Assembly: GCA_964001285.1 (NCBI GenBank)
Contig: CAXFAF010000003.1
Span: 8,641 to 72,640 of the forward strand
Length of the DNA stretch: 64,000 bases
Direction: 5' to 3'
From: an uncultured bacterium
GTDB taxonomy: Bacteria > Pseudomonadota > Alphaproteobacteria > MED-G09
Position 1 is the stretch's first letter. Each line of letters opens with the position of its first letter. Below are positions 32,359 to 43,640 of the stretch, piece by piece. The position numbers and the translations under genes are program-made. The notes under the pieces were generated by a model, which was given only the letters and a program-made list of their open reading frames with translations, ran no database searches and was not told the origin of the DNA.

Positions 32359-33174
32359 ATGCAAAAGATAGAGAAGAATAAAATTAAAATAATATTAGTA
32401 GAACCTCAATTATCAGAAAATATTGGTACTTCTGCAAGGGCAATGCTAAATTTTGGTTTAACTAAACTATATCTTGTCTCTCCAAAACAAAATCACCTTT
32501 CTAAAAAATCTTTGAACGCTTCTGCCGGTGCCGATACTGTCCTAAAAAAAGCAAAAATTTTTTATTCTCTTGAAGATGCTTTGGCGAGTATCTCGTATGT
32601 CTTTGCGTGTACAGTTAGAGATAGAGATATGATAAAACCTTTCTGTGGACCTATAGAATTATCTAATATTATTAATAGTATAGACAGTAAATTTAACATA
32701 GGCATTATGTTTGGAAGAGAGAAATCTGGATTAACCAACAATCAAGTTTCTTATGCAAATACAATAGTTCAAATTCCGACTAATCAAAAATTTTCTTCGT
32801 TAAATTTAGCCCAAGCTGTTGCTATTATAGCCTCTGAAATTAATCGCATTAATGAAGATTATGGTAAAAGTGAATTATTCATGAGCGATTCAATTCCGGC
32901 TAAAAAGAAAGAAATAATCAGTTTTTTTAACCATCTCGAAAGAGCTCTTGATGCCTCAGGTTTTTTGAGGCCTAAAGAAAAGAAATCGACAATGATGATT
33001 AATTTAAGGAATATTTTCTCAAGAACTGATTTAACAAACCAGGATGTTCAAACATTAAGAGGAGTCATTACATCGTTATTAAGGTGGCCTGAGGGATACA
33101 GAGATAAAGAAATACTTAAGAAAACAAAGATTATTGCCGATGGATATGATAAAAACAAACAACAAAGAAATTGA
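32359..33174 (+). CDS. SpoU/TrmH-family RNA 2'-O-methyltransferase (TrmJ-like)
   Basis: 271 aa with IILVEPQLSENIGTSARAMLNFG, FGREKSGL and LNLAQAV. Confidence 0.75.
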   Translation: MQKIEKNKIKIILVEPQLSENIGTSARAMLNFGLTKLYLVSPKQNHLSKKSLNASAGADTVLKKAKIFYSLEDALASISYVFACTVRDRDMIKPFCGPIELSNIINSIDSKFNIGIMFGREKSGLTNNQVSYANTIVQIPTNQKFSSLNLAQAVAIIASEINRINEDYGKSELFMSDSIPAKKKEIISFFNHLERALDASGFLRPKEKKSTMMINLRNIFSRTDLTNQDVQTLRGVITSLLRWPEGYRDKEILKKTKIIADGYDKNKQQRN

Positions 33175-33232
33175 CTTATTTAATTTAGAAATGTACTAAG
33201 CCGTGTAGTGAATTTTAAGGTATATTTTATTA

Positions 33233-33853
33233 ATGACAAAAAGATTAAGAGCAAAATATAAGATTGATCGAAGGATGGGCGAGAATATTTGGGGAAGACC
33301 AAAAAGTCCCGTCAATCTTCGTTCTTATGGACCTGGCCAACACGGCCAATTGAGAAAAGCTAAACTTTCTGACTTTGGGCTTCAAATTAGAGCTAAACAA
33401 AAACTTAAGGGTTATTATGGCAATATAAATGAAAGGCAGTTTAAAAATATATTTAAAGAGGCCGTAAGAATCAAAGGTGATACCTCAGAAAATATAATAG
33501 GCTTGCTTGAAAGAAGGCTTGATGCTGTTATTTATCGATCCAAGTTTGTACCTACAGTTTTTTCAGCAAGGCAATTTGTTAATCACGGGCATATTAAGGT
33601 AAATGGGAAAAGAGTTAATATTCCTTCTTATAGGTTAAAGACTGGAGATTTAGTAGAGATCAAAGATAAATCTAAAAGTTTAGACATCGTTTTAAATGGT
33701 CAAGAATCTAGTGAGAGAGATGTGCCTGATTATATAGAATGTGACCAAAAGAAACTAACAGCAAAATTAACGAGAATACCTAAACTAGACGAAGTTCCTT
33801 ATCCAGTGCAGATGGAACCAAACTTAGTTGTTGAATTTTATTCAAGAAACTAA
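33233..33853 (+). CDS. rpsD: 30S ribosomal protein S4
   Basis: 206 aa with [16 protein letters not shown]-like and LERRLD blocks and an S4 domain. Confidence 0.95.
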   Translation: MTKRLRAKYKIDRRMGENIWGRPKSPVNLRSYGPGQHGQLRKAKLSDFGLQIRAKQKLKGYYGNINERQFKNIFKEAVRIKGDTSENIIGLLERRLDAVIYRSKFVPTVFSARQFVNHGHIKVNGKRVNIPSYRLKTGDLVEIKDKSKSLDIVLNGQESSERDVPDYIECDQKKLTAKLTRIPKLDEVPYPVQMEPNLVVEFYSRN

Positions 33854-34176
33854 TTCTTTTCGATTACTTCTTTTAATTCTTGTTGTAATTCACCTGATTC
33901 AAACATTTCTTTTATGATGTCGCAACCTCCTATAAGTTCACCTTTTAAGTATAGTTGAGGTATCGTTGGCCAATTAGAAAATTCTTTTATTCCTTCTCTT
34001 ATATTTTCATCTTCAAGAACATTTGTGGAAGAAAAAGGTGCTTCAATATATGTTAATATTTGTACAACAGTACTAGAAAAACCACATTCTGGAAATAATG
34101 GAGTTCCCTTCATAAACAAATGAAGATCATCATTATCAATTTTATCTTCTAGTATTTTCTTTACATTTTCATCCAT
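33850..34176 (-). CDS. grxD: monothiol glutaredoxin (Grx4 family)
   Basis: 108 aa with the CGFS active site (PECGFS) and WPTIPQLY. Confidence 0.92.
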   Translation of the reverse strand: MDENVKKILEDKIDNDDLHLFMKGTPLFPECGFSSTVVQILTYIEAPFSSTNVLEDENIREGIKEFSNWPTIPQLYLKGELIGGCDIIKEMFESGELQQELKEVIEKN

Positions 34177-34180
34177 GACT

Positions 34181-34411
34181 CTATTCGCCTATGGTTTTAA
34201 TAGATAAAGCATGAAGTTCGTTACCCATTTTATTACCTAATGCCTCATATACCATTTTATGTTGCTTAATCCTAGACAAACCGATAAATTTTTTAGACCT
34301 TATAGTCACAGAAAAATGATTATCATCTCCGGCCAAATCTTTAATTTCTATATCAGATTCAGGAAATGATTCTTCTATTATTTTTAATAAATCATCTTTT
34401 TTTATTGTCAT
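34181..34411 (-). CDS. BolA family protein
   Basis: 76 aa with a BolA-like HF...RIKQHKMVY...LHALSIKT. The bolA-grxD pairing downstream of purL is typical of alphaproteobacteria. Confidence 0.8.
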   Translation of the reverse strand: MTIKKDDLLKIIEESFPESDIEIKDLAGDDNHFSVTIRSKKFIGLSRIKQHKMVYEALGNKMGNELHALSIKTIGE

Positions 34412-34413
34412 TT

Positions 34414-36600
34414 TTAATCTTTATTTAGATAATTAATAAACCAATTTTCATATAAATCTTTAATCTCTTTTATTTCCATTTGTTCATCATTAACTATAAT
34501 ATTACCTTTAGTAGTTGTTCCAATTATTTCGTATATTATATTTTCTTCCTTCAATATAGATACAATATTATCTACATTATCTTTAGTAGAGGAAATTACA
34601 TATCTTGACTGATCCTCTCCAAAAAGGAAGTAATGTGAATTGTTTTTATCAGTATTAATTTTAAAACCAATCTCATTTTTCATAGACATTTCTGAGAGAG
34701 TTAAGAGTAACCCGCCATCTGAAATATCATGACAAGTATCAATTAAAGATGCTTCAATTATTCTCTTAACTGCTAAACCATTTGTTTTTTCTTCTTTTAG
34801 ATCTACTTTTGGGGGCAAACCTTCATTAAATTTAAGCAATTCAGTTGCGTATATTGATTGAGTTAAATGTCCTTCCGTTTTACCAATAACAATTATGACA
34901 TCATTCTCCCTTTTAAAATTATGATCGGCAATAATTTTTAAATCATTGATGACACCAACCCCGCCTATTACTGGCGTAGGATTTATTCCTTTTCCATTGG
35001 TCTCATTGTAAAGAGATACATTTCCAGAAACGACAGGAAAATCCAGCTCTGTACAAGCAGAAATCATTCCTTTAACAACACCTGCAAATTGCCCCATAAT
35101 GTCTTCTTTTTCGGGATTACCAAAATTCATACAATCGGTTATTGCGATAGGCCTAGATCCAACAGAAATAAGATTTCTCCAAGCTTCGGAAACCGCTTGC
35201 TTTCCACCTTCGATAGGATCTGAAGCACAATAACGGGGTGTAGAATCAGAAGTTAATGACAATCCTTTATTGGTTCCATGTACCCTAATGACAGCTGAGT
35301 CACCACCCGGTAATAACACTGTATCAGTCATTACCATGTGGTCATATTGTTCCCAGATCCATTTTCTACTGCATAAATTTGGAGATCCTATTAACTCTTT
35401 TAAGACCTCGATGGGATTTATTTTTAGGAGCATTTCTTTAGTTATTTCTGTTTCAGGAAATGAATTTATACTATAAGGTCTCTCGTAAGAAGGGGCGCCT
35501 TTTTCAAGAATATCCAATACTATTTCAGCCTTTTTATTTTTTTTATGATTGATTACTAATTTCTTTGTATCAGTTAATTTACCAATCACAGAAAAATCTA
35601 ATTCCCATTTATCAAAAACCTCTTTAGCAATATTTTCTTTTTTTGGCTCTAAAATCATCAGCATTCTTTCTTGACTTTCTGAAAGCATAATTTCATAAGC
35701 TGACATAGCTTTTTCTCTACAAGGAACCTTATCTAAATCTAATTCGATTCCTAGCTCTCCTTTTCCCGCCATTTCAACAGCTGAAGAGGTAAGGCCGGCC
35801 GCCCCCATATCTTGAATCGCGACTATTACATCCATTTTCATCAATTCTAAGCATGCCTCTAAGAGTAATTTTTCTGAAAATGGGTCTCCTACTTGTACAG
35901 TAGGTCTTTTTTCATCTGAGTTATCATCAAATTCAGCTGAAGCCATCGTTGCGCCATGAATCCCATCTCTACCTGTTTTTGATCCAACATAGACAACTGA
36001 ATTTCCTACTCCAGAAGCTTTTGAATAAAAAATTTTATCGGATTTTGCAATCCCAACACACATTGCATTAACTAGGATATTATCATTATATGAAGAATTA
36101 AATTCTACTTCACCACCTACTGTAGGTATTCCCATGCAATTACCATAGCCTCCTATTCCCGAAACGACACCCGTCAAAAGATGTTTTGTCTTCTCATGAG
36201 AAATGTCACCAAACCTTAATGCGTTGAGTAAGGCTACTGGTCTTGCACCCATAGTAAAAACATCTCTCAATATACCACCAACTCCTGTAGCAGCCCCTTG
36301 ATAAGGTTCAATAAAAGATGGATGATTGTGACTTTCCATTTTAAATACTGCGGCAAAACCATCTCCTATATCAATCACGCCTGCATTTTCCCCAGGCCCT
36401 TGGATAACGTATTTATTTTCTGTAGGAAGTTGTTTAAGCCAAAATTTAGAAGATTTATATGAGCAATGCTCTGACCACATCGCAGAAAATATTCCCAGTT
36501 CAGTTAATGTAGGTTCTCTCTTTAAAGACTTAAGAATGAAATTATATTCCTGTTCATTAATTCCATGTTCTTCCACTAATTCTTTTGAGATCTGGCTCAT
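34414..36600 (-). CDS. purL: phosphoribosylformylglycinamidine synthase subunit PurL
   Basis: 728 aa with [22 protein letters not shown]. Confidence 0.95.
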   Translation of the reverse strand: MSQISKELVEEHGINEQEYNFILKSLKREPTLTELGIFSAMWSEHCSYKSSKFWLKQLPTENKYVIQGPGENAGVIDIGDGFAAVFKMESHNHPSFIEPYQGAATGVGGILRDVFTMGARPVALLNALRFGDISHEKTKHLLTGVVSGIGGYGNCMGIPTVGGEVEFNSSYNDNILVNAMCVGIAKSDKIFYSKASGVGNSVVYVGSKTGRDGIHGATMASAEFDDNSDEKRPTVQVGDPFSEKLLLEACLELMKMDVIVAIQDMGAAGLTSSAVEMAGKGELGIELDLDKVPCREKAMSAYEIMLSESQERMLMILEPKKENIAKEVFDKWELDFSVIGKLTDTKKLVINHKKNKKAEIVLDILEKGAPSYERPYSINSFPETEITKEMLLKINPIEVLKELIGSPNLCSRKWIWEQYDHMVMTDTVLLPGGDSAVIRVHGTNKGLSLTSDSTPRYCASDPIEGGKQAVSEAWRNLISVGSRPIAITDCMNFGNPEKEDIMGQFAGVVKGMISACTELDFPVVSGNVSLYNETNGKGINPTPVIGGVGVINDLKIIADHNFKRENDVIIVIGKTEGHLTQSIYATELLKFNEGLPPKVDLKEEKTNGLAVKRIIEASLIDTCHDISDGGLLLTLSEMSMKNEIGFKINTDKNNSHYFLFGEDQSRYVISSTKDNVDNIVSILKEENIIYEIIGTTTKGNIIVNDEQMEIKEIKDLYENWFINYLNKD

Positions 36601-37286
36601 AGTAAAGATTCCGCGATAGATTTAAAAAGTTTTTCTCCATCAGTTAATTTTGTAATTTCACATGTTGCTCTTTCGGGATGTGGCATCATCCCCAATACAT
36701 TACCTTCTTTGTTAATTATTCCCGCTACATTTTCAATTGAACCGTTTGGATTAGAGTTTAAATTAATATTGCCCTCCAAGTCACAATATCTAAAAACAAT
36801 CTGATCTCCATCTATTATTTCTTTTAAGGTATCTTCATTGGCAAAAAAGTTACCTTCATTATGAGCTATTGGGATATTAATTATTTCATTCTCTGAATAT
36901 TTATTTGAAAATTTTGTATTGCAATTGTTAACTTTTAAACTCACAGTTTTACATAAAAAAGAAAGACAATTATTTTTAATAAGTGTACCGGGAAGAAGAC
37001 CAGATTCAGCTAAAATTTGGAATCCATTACATACTCCAAGTGTCGGCATTCCTTTATTTGCTTCTTTTTTGATGTCTTTCATTATAGGGCTATTAGCTGC
37101 AATTGAACCACAGCGAAGGTAATCACCAAATGTAAATCCTCCAGGAACAATTACCAAATTACAATCAGGTAAACTTGTTTCTTTATGCCACACCATTGTG
37201 GTTTTGATGTTTGTAACTTTTTCTAATGATACCGCAATATCTCTATCGCAATTTGAGCCAGGAAAAACAATTATGGCCGCTTTCAT
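36597..37286 (-). CDS. purQ: phosphoribosylformylglycinamidine synthase glutaminase subunit PurQ
   Basis: 229 aa with GVCNGFQIL (catalytic Cys) and MMPHPER. Confidence 0.93.
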   Translation of the reverse strand: MKAAIIVFPGSNCDRDIAVSLEKVTNIKTTMVWHKETSLPDCNLVIVPGGFTFGDYLRCGSIAANSPIMKDIKKEANKGMPTLGVCNGFQILAESGLLPGTLIKNNCLSFLCKTVSLKVNNCNTKFSNKYSENEIINIPIAHNEGNFFANEDTLKEIIDGDQIVFRYCDLEGNINLNSNPNGSIENVAGIINKEGNVLGMMPHPERATCEITKLTDGEKLFKSIAESLL

Positions 37287-37532
37287 TTATTCTTCCTTAT
37301 CGATTATTATTTCATAATCTTCTATAATGAGATTAACCAAAAGCTTTTTACACATATCATCCACAATTTCTAAAGCTATTTCTTTTTCTTCATTAAGATC
37401 AATTTCTATAATTTTACCCTGCCTAACATTATTTATATTCTTAAAACCTAATTGGATTAAAGAATTTTCAATGGCTTTACCTTGAGGGTCTAAAACGCCA
37501 CCTTTTGGCATAATTTTTACATTTAATTTCAT
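37287..37532 (-). CDS. purS: phosphoribosylformylglycinamidine synthase subunit PurS
   Basis: 81 aa with VLDPQGKAIENSL. Positioned between purC and purQ. Confidence 0.88.
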   Translation of the reverse strand: MKLNVKIMPKGGVLDPQGKAIENSLIQLGFKNINNVRQGKIIEIDLNEEKEIALEIVDDMCKKLLVNLIIEDYEIIIDKEE

Positions 37533-37535
37533 TTG

Positions 37536-38270
37536 TTAAATTTGTTTTTGAAAGTCTATTCCTAACCGAGTCGCAACTTCTTTGTAAGCATCAATTAATC
37601 CCCCTAAGTTTTTTCTAAATCGATCTTTATCTAGTTTTTCTGAAGAAGATTTATCCCATAATCTGCATGAGTCAGGGCTTATTTCATCAGCTAAAATAAT
37701 TTTAGTTATTTTATTTTCATTAATTCGGCCAAATTCAATTTTAAAATCAACCAATTTTATATTTATAGATGCAAATAGATTGCTTAGTAGGTCATTAATT
37801 ATTAATCCTTGATTTTTAATATCATTTATTTCCTTATCAGAAGCATATCCGAGAACATCAATATGTTCTTCAGATAAAATAGGGTCGTCTAATTCATCGC
37901 TTTTAAGAGTAAATTCAACTAGAGGTCTATTTAATTTCAAACCTTCTTTAACACCTAATCTTTTACTTAAGGTCCCTGTAGCTATATTTCTTATAATTAC
38001 TTCGACAGGTATTATTTCAACTTTTTTTATTAACTGTTCTCTATTATTTAGTCGTTCGATAAAGTGGTTATCAATTCCATTATCTTTTAGATACTTAAAT
38101 ATGTATTCACTTATAAGATTATTAAGTATCCCTTTTTCACTTATTACTTCGTGTTTCTTTTTATTAAATGCCGTTGCATCATCTTTAAAAAATTGAATAA
38201 TTTTATCATTATCTTCGTGAGCAAATAATTTCTTTGCTTTTCCTTCATAAATTAAATCTTTATTTTTCAT
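37536..38270 (-). CDS. purC: phosphoribosylaminoimidazole-succinocarboxamide synthase
   Basis: 244 aa with YEGKAKKLF and SPDSCRLWD. Confidence 0.93.
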   Translation of the reverse strand: MKNKDLIYEGKAKKLFAHEDNDKIIQFFKDDATAFNKKKHEVISEKGILNNLISEYIFKYLKDNGIDNHFIERLNNREQLIKKVEIIPVEVIIRNIATGTLSKRLGVKEGLKLNRPLVEFTLKSDELDDPILSEEHIDVLGYASDKEINDIKNQGLIINDLLSNLFASINIKLVDFKIEFGRINENKITKIILADEISPDSCRLWDKSSSEKLDKDRFRKNLGGLIDAYKEVATRLGIDFQKQI

Positions 38271-38293
38271 TCTCTTCTTCTAATTGTTTTGAT

Positions 38294-39046
38294 CTATTTA
38301 TATTTAATAGATTCTTCCGACAATTGTACTTTTAAATAACTAATAGCTTTTTCTAAAGAAAGTTTATTTTTTGATGATAGTTCAATATTTACTCCAAAAT
38401 CTTTTTTAGAATCAAAGAAGGGGTAACTTCCTATATCTATATCTGAATAAGTTTTTATAATTTTTTCTAATATCTTAGCTATTTCACCTTCTGGAACTTT
38501 TACTTGTATATTTGCGCGATTAATTTTTTTTTGTGGATTAATGTATTTAAGCGATTCCTGTAGCATAGATTGCATAATCTTAGGAATACCAGCAAATACA
38601 AAAACATTGTCTATTTTAAAACCTGGAGCAGCCGATATGTTGTTTAGAATTAACTCTGCTCCAATAGGAATTCTTGCCATTCTTTGACGAACTTCATTAA
38701 ATTCATAATTATTTTTATTATAATAATTTTCTAAGATATTATAGGCTTCTTCACTTGTTTCTATTTTTACTCCAAAAGCTTCAGCAATGCTTTCGGATGT
38801 TATATCGTCATGGGTAGGCCCTATACCGCCAGTTGTAAAAACATATTTATATTTCTTTCGTAAGGTATTTATTGATGAAATTATTTCGTTCTTATCATCT
38901 AGAATAGTTCGGCATTCTAAAACTGAAACACCATAATCGTTTAAAGCCCTTACAATATAGCTAAAATTAAGATCTTGTGTCCTACCCGATAAAATCTCAT
39001 TACCAATAATAAGAATTGCAGCATTTTCTGATTTAGATTTATCCAT
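38294..39046 (-). CDS. CinA-like molybdopterin-binding (MoCF_BD) domain protein
   Basis: 250 aa with IIGNEILSGRTQDLN and TTGGIGPTHDDIT. Confidence 0.75.
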   Translation of the reverse strand: MDKSKSENAAILIIGNEILSGRTQDLNFSYIVRALNDYGVSVLECRTILDDKNEIISSINTLRKKYKYVFTTGGIGPTHDDITSESIAEAFGVKIETSEEAYNILENYYNKNNYEFNEVRQRMARIPIGAELILNNISAAPGFKIDNVFVFAGIPKIMQSMLQESLKYINPQKKINRANIQVKVPEGEIAKILEKIIKTYSDIDIGSYPFFDSKKDFGVNIELSSKNKLSLEKAISYLKVQLSEESIKYK

Positions 39047-39124
39047 ATTATTTTTTATCAGTTTAGTTTAATGGCGACAATACAGATACTAGAAGTAAAA
39101 GAAATTTTAATATATAAGTTTGTA

Positions 39125-39946
39125 ATGGATTATATTGAAGAAAGAGAAGCTTCCGGAAGAATAACTGGACAAATAAAATTACATCAAAAAGAAGATTTTG
39201 ATGGAATGAGAAAAGTTGGAAGACTTGCGGCTCAATTACTTGATTTATTTGTCAAAGAGGTTAAGCCAGGTATAACAACTGAAGCACTTGATAAGATTGC
39301 GGTTGAGTTTACTTTAGATAATAATGCTATATCCGCTCCATTAAATTATAGAGGATTTAAAAAATCAATATGCACCTCAGTAAATCATGTAGTTTGTCAT
39401 GGAATCCCAGGAGATAAGGTTTTAAATGAAGGCGATATAGTAAATATTGATGTAACTTTAATTTTGGATGGATGGCATGGAGATTCTTCAAGAATGTATT
39501 GCGCAGGAGATCCTTCAATTAAATCCAAAAGATTAATAAATACTACTTATGAAAGCTTAGCTTCTTCTCTTAAATTAATTAAACCAGGTTTTTTATTGGG
39601 TGATTTAGGTAGTTACATTCAAAAATATGCTGAAGATAGAGGTTTTTCTGTTGTTAGAGAATTTTGTGGGCATGGTATTGGAAGGATATTTCATGATGAG
39701 CCAAATATCTTACATTATGGAGTTGAAGGTACTGGAGTAGAAATTAAGGAAGGAATGTTTTTTACTGTTGAGCCTATGGTTAACATAGGAAAACCCGGTA
39801 CAAAAATGCTTTCAGATGGATGGACTGCTGTGACTAGAGATAGAAGTTTATCTGCTCAATTTGAACATTCAATAGGAGTAACTTCTGATGGAATAGAGAT
39901 TTTTACAGAATCTCTTAATAATACAGGTAATCCAATTGCTTCATAA
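39125..39946 (+). CDS. map: type I methionine aminopeptidase
   Basis: Contains HGIPG, DVT...DGWHGDSS, FCGHGIG, FTVEP and FEHS. I prefer the ATG at 39125 to the track start at 39071. Confidence 0.92.
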   Translation: MDYIEEREASGRITGQIKLHQKEDFDGMRKVGRLAAQLLDLFVKEVKPGITTEALDKIAVEFTLDNNAISAPLNYRGFKKSICTSVNHVVCHGIPGDKVLNEGDIVNIDVTLILDGWHGDSSRMYCAGDPSIKSKRLINTTYESLASSLKLIKPGFLLGDLGSYIQKYAEDRGFSVVREFCGHGIGRIFHDEPNILHYGVEGTGVEIKEGMFFTVEPMVNIGKPGTKMLSDGWTAVTRDRSLSAQFEHSIGVTSDGIEIFTESLNNTGNPIAS

Positions 39947-39973
39947 TTCCGTATACTCAAAAAAGGATAAAAT

Positions 39974-41281
39974 ATGATACCTAGATATTCTAGAAAAGTA
40001 ATGACTGAAATTTGGGAAGAGAAAAACAGATTTAATATTTGGATAAATATTGAAGTTGCGGCTTTAGAAGCTATGGAAGAATTAGAAATCGTTCCTAGAG
40101 GCACTGCTTCAAAAGTAAATAAAAAGGCCAATTTTGATATTAATAGAATTAATGAAATTGAAAAAGAAATTAAACATGATGTTTTAGCGTTTTTGACAAA
40201 TTTATCAGAGAATGTTGGGCCGGAGTCTCGTTTTATTCATCAGGGCATGACTTCATCAGATGTAATAGATACTTGTTTAAATATTCAGCTTAAGGAGGCA
40301 GGAAATATTTTATTAAATGGAATAGATAATCTTCTTGAGGCCCTAAAAAGAAAAGCTATCGAACATAAAAATACGGTTTGTATTGGTAGAAGTCACGGAA
40401 TTCATGCAGAGCCAACAACATTTGGTTTAAAGATGCTTCAAGCTTATGAGGAATTTCAAAGAAATAAGAAAAGATTAAATAATGCAATTGAAGAAATAAG
40501 CACATGTGCAATTTCAGGTTCAGTAGGAACTTTTGCAAATATTGATCCTTATGTAGAAGAGTATGTTGCCAAAAAATTAAAACTTAAGGTTGAGCCTGTT
40601 TCTACTCAAATTATTCCAAGAGATCGACATGCAGCCTTTTTCTCAACATTAGCAATAATTGCAAGCTCTATTGAGAGACTTTCTTCAGAAATTAGACATT
40701 TGCAAAGATCAGAGGTTATGGAGGTTGCAGAGTTCTTTTCTGAAAATCAAAAGGGTTCATCTTCTATGCCCCATAAAAGAAACCCGATTTTAACAGAGAA
40801 TCTAAGCGGTCTCGCAAGGATTGTAAGAAGTTCAATAATTCCTGCCTTAGAGAATGTAGTACTTTGGCACGAAAGAGACATATCTCATTCTAGCGTTGAG
40901 CGAATGATAGCGCCTGATTCAACTGTAACTTTAGACTTTGCAATAAATAGGCTTGTAAATGTTATTGAAGAGTTAATAGTGTATCCTGAGCATATGGAAA
41001 GAAACTTAAATCAGTTTGGAGGCTTAGTTTTTTCTCAACGTCTATTACTTGAATTAACGCAAAAGGATGTTAGTAGAGAAGAATCATATAAAGCAGTACA
41101 AAAAAATGCAATGCAGGCATGGGAAAGCTACGGTATGTCAGAGTCACTTAATTTTGAAGAATTAATTAAAAAAGATAAATTCATATCTTCAATTTTGTCT
41201 AAGAAAGAGATAGAAGATATTTTTGATTTAGGGTATCACATGAAAAATATAGATAAGATTTATAAGAGAATATTGGGATAA
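39974..41281 (+). CDS. purB: adenylosuccinate lyase
   Basis: 435 aa with the fumarate-lyase signature GSSSMPHKRNP. Confidence 0.95.
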   Translation: MIPRYSRKVMTEIWEEKNRFNIWINIEVAALEAMEELEIVPRGTASKVNKKANFDINRINEIEKEIKHDVLAFLTNLSENVGPESRFIHQGMTSSDVIDTCLNIQLKEAGNILLNGIDNLLEALKRKAIEHKNTVCIGRSHGIHAEPTTFGLKMLQAYEEFQRNKKRLNNAIEEISTCAISGSVGTFANIDPYVEEYVAKKLKLKVEPVSTQIIPRDRHAAFFSTLAIIASSIERLSSEIRHLQRSEVMEVAEFFSENQKGSSSMPHKRNPILTENLSGLARIVRSSIIPALENVVLWHERDISHSSVERMIAPDSTVTLDFAINRLVNVIEELIVYPEHMERNLNQFGGLVFSQRLLLELTQKDVSREESYKAVQKNAMQAWESYGMSESLNFEELIKKDKFISSILSKKEIEDIFDLGYHMKNIDKIYKRILG

Positions 41282-41286
41282 TCAAT

Positions 41287-41374
41287 GCGGACATGGTGGA
41301 ATTGGTAGACACATCAGACTTAAAATCTGAAGGAGATTATCTCCGTCCCGGTTCGAGTCCGGGTGTCCGCACCA
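41287..41374 (+). tRNA. tRNA-Leu (anticodon UAA), CCA encoded
   Basis: Hand-folded cloverleaf: acceptor GCGGACA/TGTCCGC; anticodon stem TCAGA/TCTGA with loop CTTAAAA; long variable arm GGAGA-tta-TCTCC; T arm CCCGG-TTCGAGT-CCGGG; then A-CCA. Confidence 0.93.
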
Positions 41375-41379
41375 AAAAT

Positions 41380-41595
41380 TTACTCATTTTTTAGAGATTC
41401 TAAATAATCAATAGCATCAATTAATTTATATAATGTTCCACAATAAGGGCATATTATTTCATTTTTCTCCCCCATTTCTAAATACACATGAGGATGGTCA
41501 TGGGGTTCAGAAGCGCCAATGCACGTGAACCTTGAAAAAGTTAATTCTATAATCTTCTCGCCTTTGTCATTAGCTATTTTTGGAATTTCATTCAT
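41380..41595 (-). CDS. zinc-finger (zf-CHCC, NDUFS6-like) domain protein
   Basis: Contains HPHVYLEMGEKNEIICPYCGTLY. I prefer the start at MNEIPK (41595), 1 nt after the upstream SDR gene, to the overlapping track start. Confidence 0.7.
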   Translation of the reverse strand: MNEIPKIANDKGEKIIELTFSRFTCIGASEPHDHPHVYLEMGEKNEIICPYCGTLYKLIDAIDYLESLKNE

Positions 41596-41596
41596 T

Positions 41597-42379
41597 TTAT
41601 AAATTCTTAGGTAAATAAAGATGCATACCCGCATCTGAAATTAATGTTTCTCCAGTTATATGTTCTGCGCCTTCAATACAAAAAAATACAACGCTATCAG
41701 CGATATCATCTGGAGTTCCTGCTTTTTTTAAAGGAGTTATATTTTCTTGATCTTTTTTTATCTTCTCAAATGTTTCTTTTCCAAATCTATTTTCAAACCA
41801 TCCCGTTGCTATAAAACCAGGGCAAACTGTGTTTACTCTAATTTCGGGACCTAAGGATTTTGCTAGAGACAAAGTCATTGTATTTAGAGCACCTTTAGAA
41901 GCAGCGTAAGCAATGGACGATCCAATACCTGTTTTACCCGCAATTGAAGATATATTGACTACAGAACCGAAACCATTTTTTTTCATATGGGGTTCAACAG
42001 CTCTTATCATTTGATAAGGGCCTATAACATTAACTTTATAAATATTAATAAAATCTTCATCAGATAATTGATCAAGTTTGGAATGATCTGCAAACTTAGT
42101 TGTTCCAGCATTATTAACTAAAATATCAATTTTTCCGAACTTATCTATGGTTGTCTGAACCAGTTTTTTGCAATCATCATCTTTAGCGACATCAGCTTTT
42201 TCAATAATAGCCTCAACACCATTCTTAATACATAGCTTCATCGTTTCTTTGGCAAGCTTTTCATTGCTTGAGTAATTAATAACTACATTTATTCCTTTTT
42301 CAGATAATTTTATAGCAATTGCAGCACCTAATCCCTGAGATGACCCCGTTATAATTGCGATTTTTTTATTTTGATTCAT
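41597..42379 (-). CDS. SDR family oxidoreductase (FabG-like)
   Basis: 260 aa with TGSSQGLG, NNAG and the YAASKGAL catalytic motif. Confidence 0.85.
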   Translation of the reverse strand: MNQNKKIAIITGSSQGLGAAIAIKLSEKGINVVINYSSNEKLAKETMKLCIKNGVEAIIEKADVAKDDDCKKLVQTTIDKFGKIDILVNNAGTTKFADHSKLDQLSDEDFINIYKVNVIGPYQMIRAVEPHMKKNGFGSVVNISSIAGKTGIGSSIAYAASKGALNTMTLSLAKSLGPEIRVNTVCPGFIATGWFENRFGKETFEKIKKDQENITPLKKAGTPDDIADSVVFFCIEGAEHITGETLISDAGMHLYLPKNL

Positions 42380-42474
42380 TTTAATCTTTCTTTTTATATA
42401 TCAATGTAGTTATAAGTTTATAATAAAGTAAATATCGAAAAATACTTATTTTATTAAAAAACTTTAGGGAAATA

Positions 42475-43209
42475 ATGGGTAAAGAATTATTCGCAGAAGA
42501 TTTATGGAATCAAATTACTAAAGAAGTCTCATCTTTGATTAATGATGATAAAAGTCTAGAATCTATTTTTAAAAGAAATATTTTAGATTTTACTAATATA
42601 AAAGATTCTATCGTTTTTATCATTAGTAACAAATTATCTTCTGATGATCTTTCTTCAGATGATATTAATAGCAGTATTAAAGAAGCTTTTTCTGATAAAG
42701 AAATAATTCTTGCTCTTGAAAGAGATATAAATGCTATCTTTTTTAAAGACCCCGCTTGTAATTATTTTTTCCAACCACTTCTATTTTTTAAAGGTTTTCA
42801 CTCTATACAATCATATAGGGTCGCGAATTATTGGCGGGATAAAAAATTAGCTCTATCTTTGTATATACAATCAAAGGTTTCAGAAATATTTAATGTTGAC
42901 ATTCATCCAAATTGTCAAATTGGAAGCGGAATAATGATAGATCATGCATCGGGTGTGGTAATAGGAGAAACAGCTGAAGTTGGTGATAATTGTTCTATTT
43001 TTCATGGAGTAACTTTGGGAGGAATAGGATCAGAAAAGGGTAAAAGGCATCCTAAAGTAGGCGAAGGCACACTTTTATCAGCAAATTCGATTATACTTGG
43101 CAATATAACAATTGGAGATAATGTCAAAATAGGCGCGGGATCTGTTGTTTTAGAAAATATACCTGATAATTCTACGGCTGTAGGAATCCCAGCAAAAGTA
43201 ATTAACTAA
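42475..43209 (+). CDS. cysE: serine O-acetyltransferase
   Basis: 244 aa with an N-terminal SATase helical domain and hexapeptide repeats (DIHPNCQIGSGIMIDHASGVVIGETAEVG). Confidence 0.88.
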   Translation: MGKELFAEDLWNQITKEVSSLINDDKSLESIFKRNILDFTNIKDSIVFIISNKLSSDDLSSDDINSSIKEAFSDKEIILALERDINAIFFKDPACNYFFQPLLFFKGFHSIQSYRVANYWRDKKLALSLYIQSKVSEIFNVDIHPNCQIGSGIMIDHASGVVIGETAEVGDNCSIFHGVTLGGIGSEKGKRHPKVGEGTLLSANSIILGNITIGDNVKIGAGSVVLENIPDNSTAVGIPAKVIN

Positions 43210-43219
43210 AGGATCAAAA

Positions 43220-43630
43220 ATGAATAATGATGAAATTCTTTTAATACAAAATTATCTGAGAGATATTTTTGATAATGAAGAAATATCAATAAGAAAAGAA
43301 CAGGAAGTGCCGCCTATAGCTAAGTTTTTTTTAGGAAAAGAGGCCATTGGCTTCTTAAAAAAAGATGATGATTCCGACGAAGATGATATTTCTTATTCTT
43401 TAACTGTTTTTGTTGAATCAGATATTAATAATTCTGAAGATTTACAAAATAAAATACAAAGCATATCCAAGAAGAAGAGAATAATAATTTCTGACAGAGG
43501 CGCTATTGAAGATTCAAAAGAGGTTTCGATTATAACTGTTGATAACGAAGAAGAGTTTTTAGGCATTATATTCGAAGATAATGAAGCGTCTTGTATATTT
43601 TCGATGTCAATTTTGGATTTTGATCTGTAG
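43220..43630 (+). CDS. DUF3126-like protein, apparently an internal tandem duplication
   Basis: 136 aa. Both halves carry the pattern hydrophobic-I-I/R...EV/AK...FLG...(acidic)...S-h-S-h-x-I/V. A DUF3126 gene after cysE is a common alphaproteobacterial arrangement (from memory). Confidence 0.5.
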   Translation: MNNDEILLIQNYLRDIFDNEEISIRKEQEVPPIAKFFLGKEAIGFLKKDDDSDEDDISYSLTVFVESDINNSEDLQNKIQSISKKKRIIISDRGAIEDSKEVSIITVDNEEEFLGIIFEDNEASCIFSMSILDFDL

Positions 43631-43640
43631 TATTAGATGT

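Noticed and set aside
41287-41374. tRNA-Leu as an integration hotspot, and a wider check for mobile elements and CRISPR arrays
   Set aside because: The tRNA is flanked directly by purB and a conserved zf-CHCC/SDR pair. There is no integrase, no direct repeat of the tRNA 3' end, and no transposase or repeat-spacer array anywhere I looked in the window.
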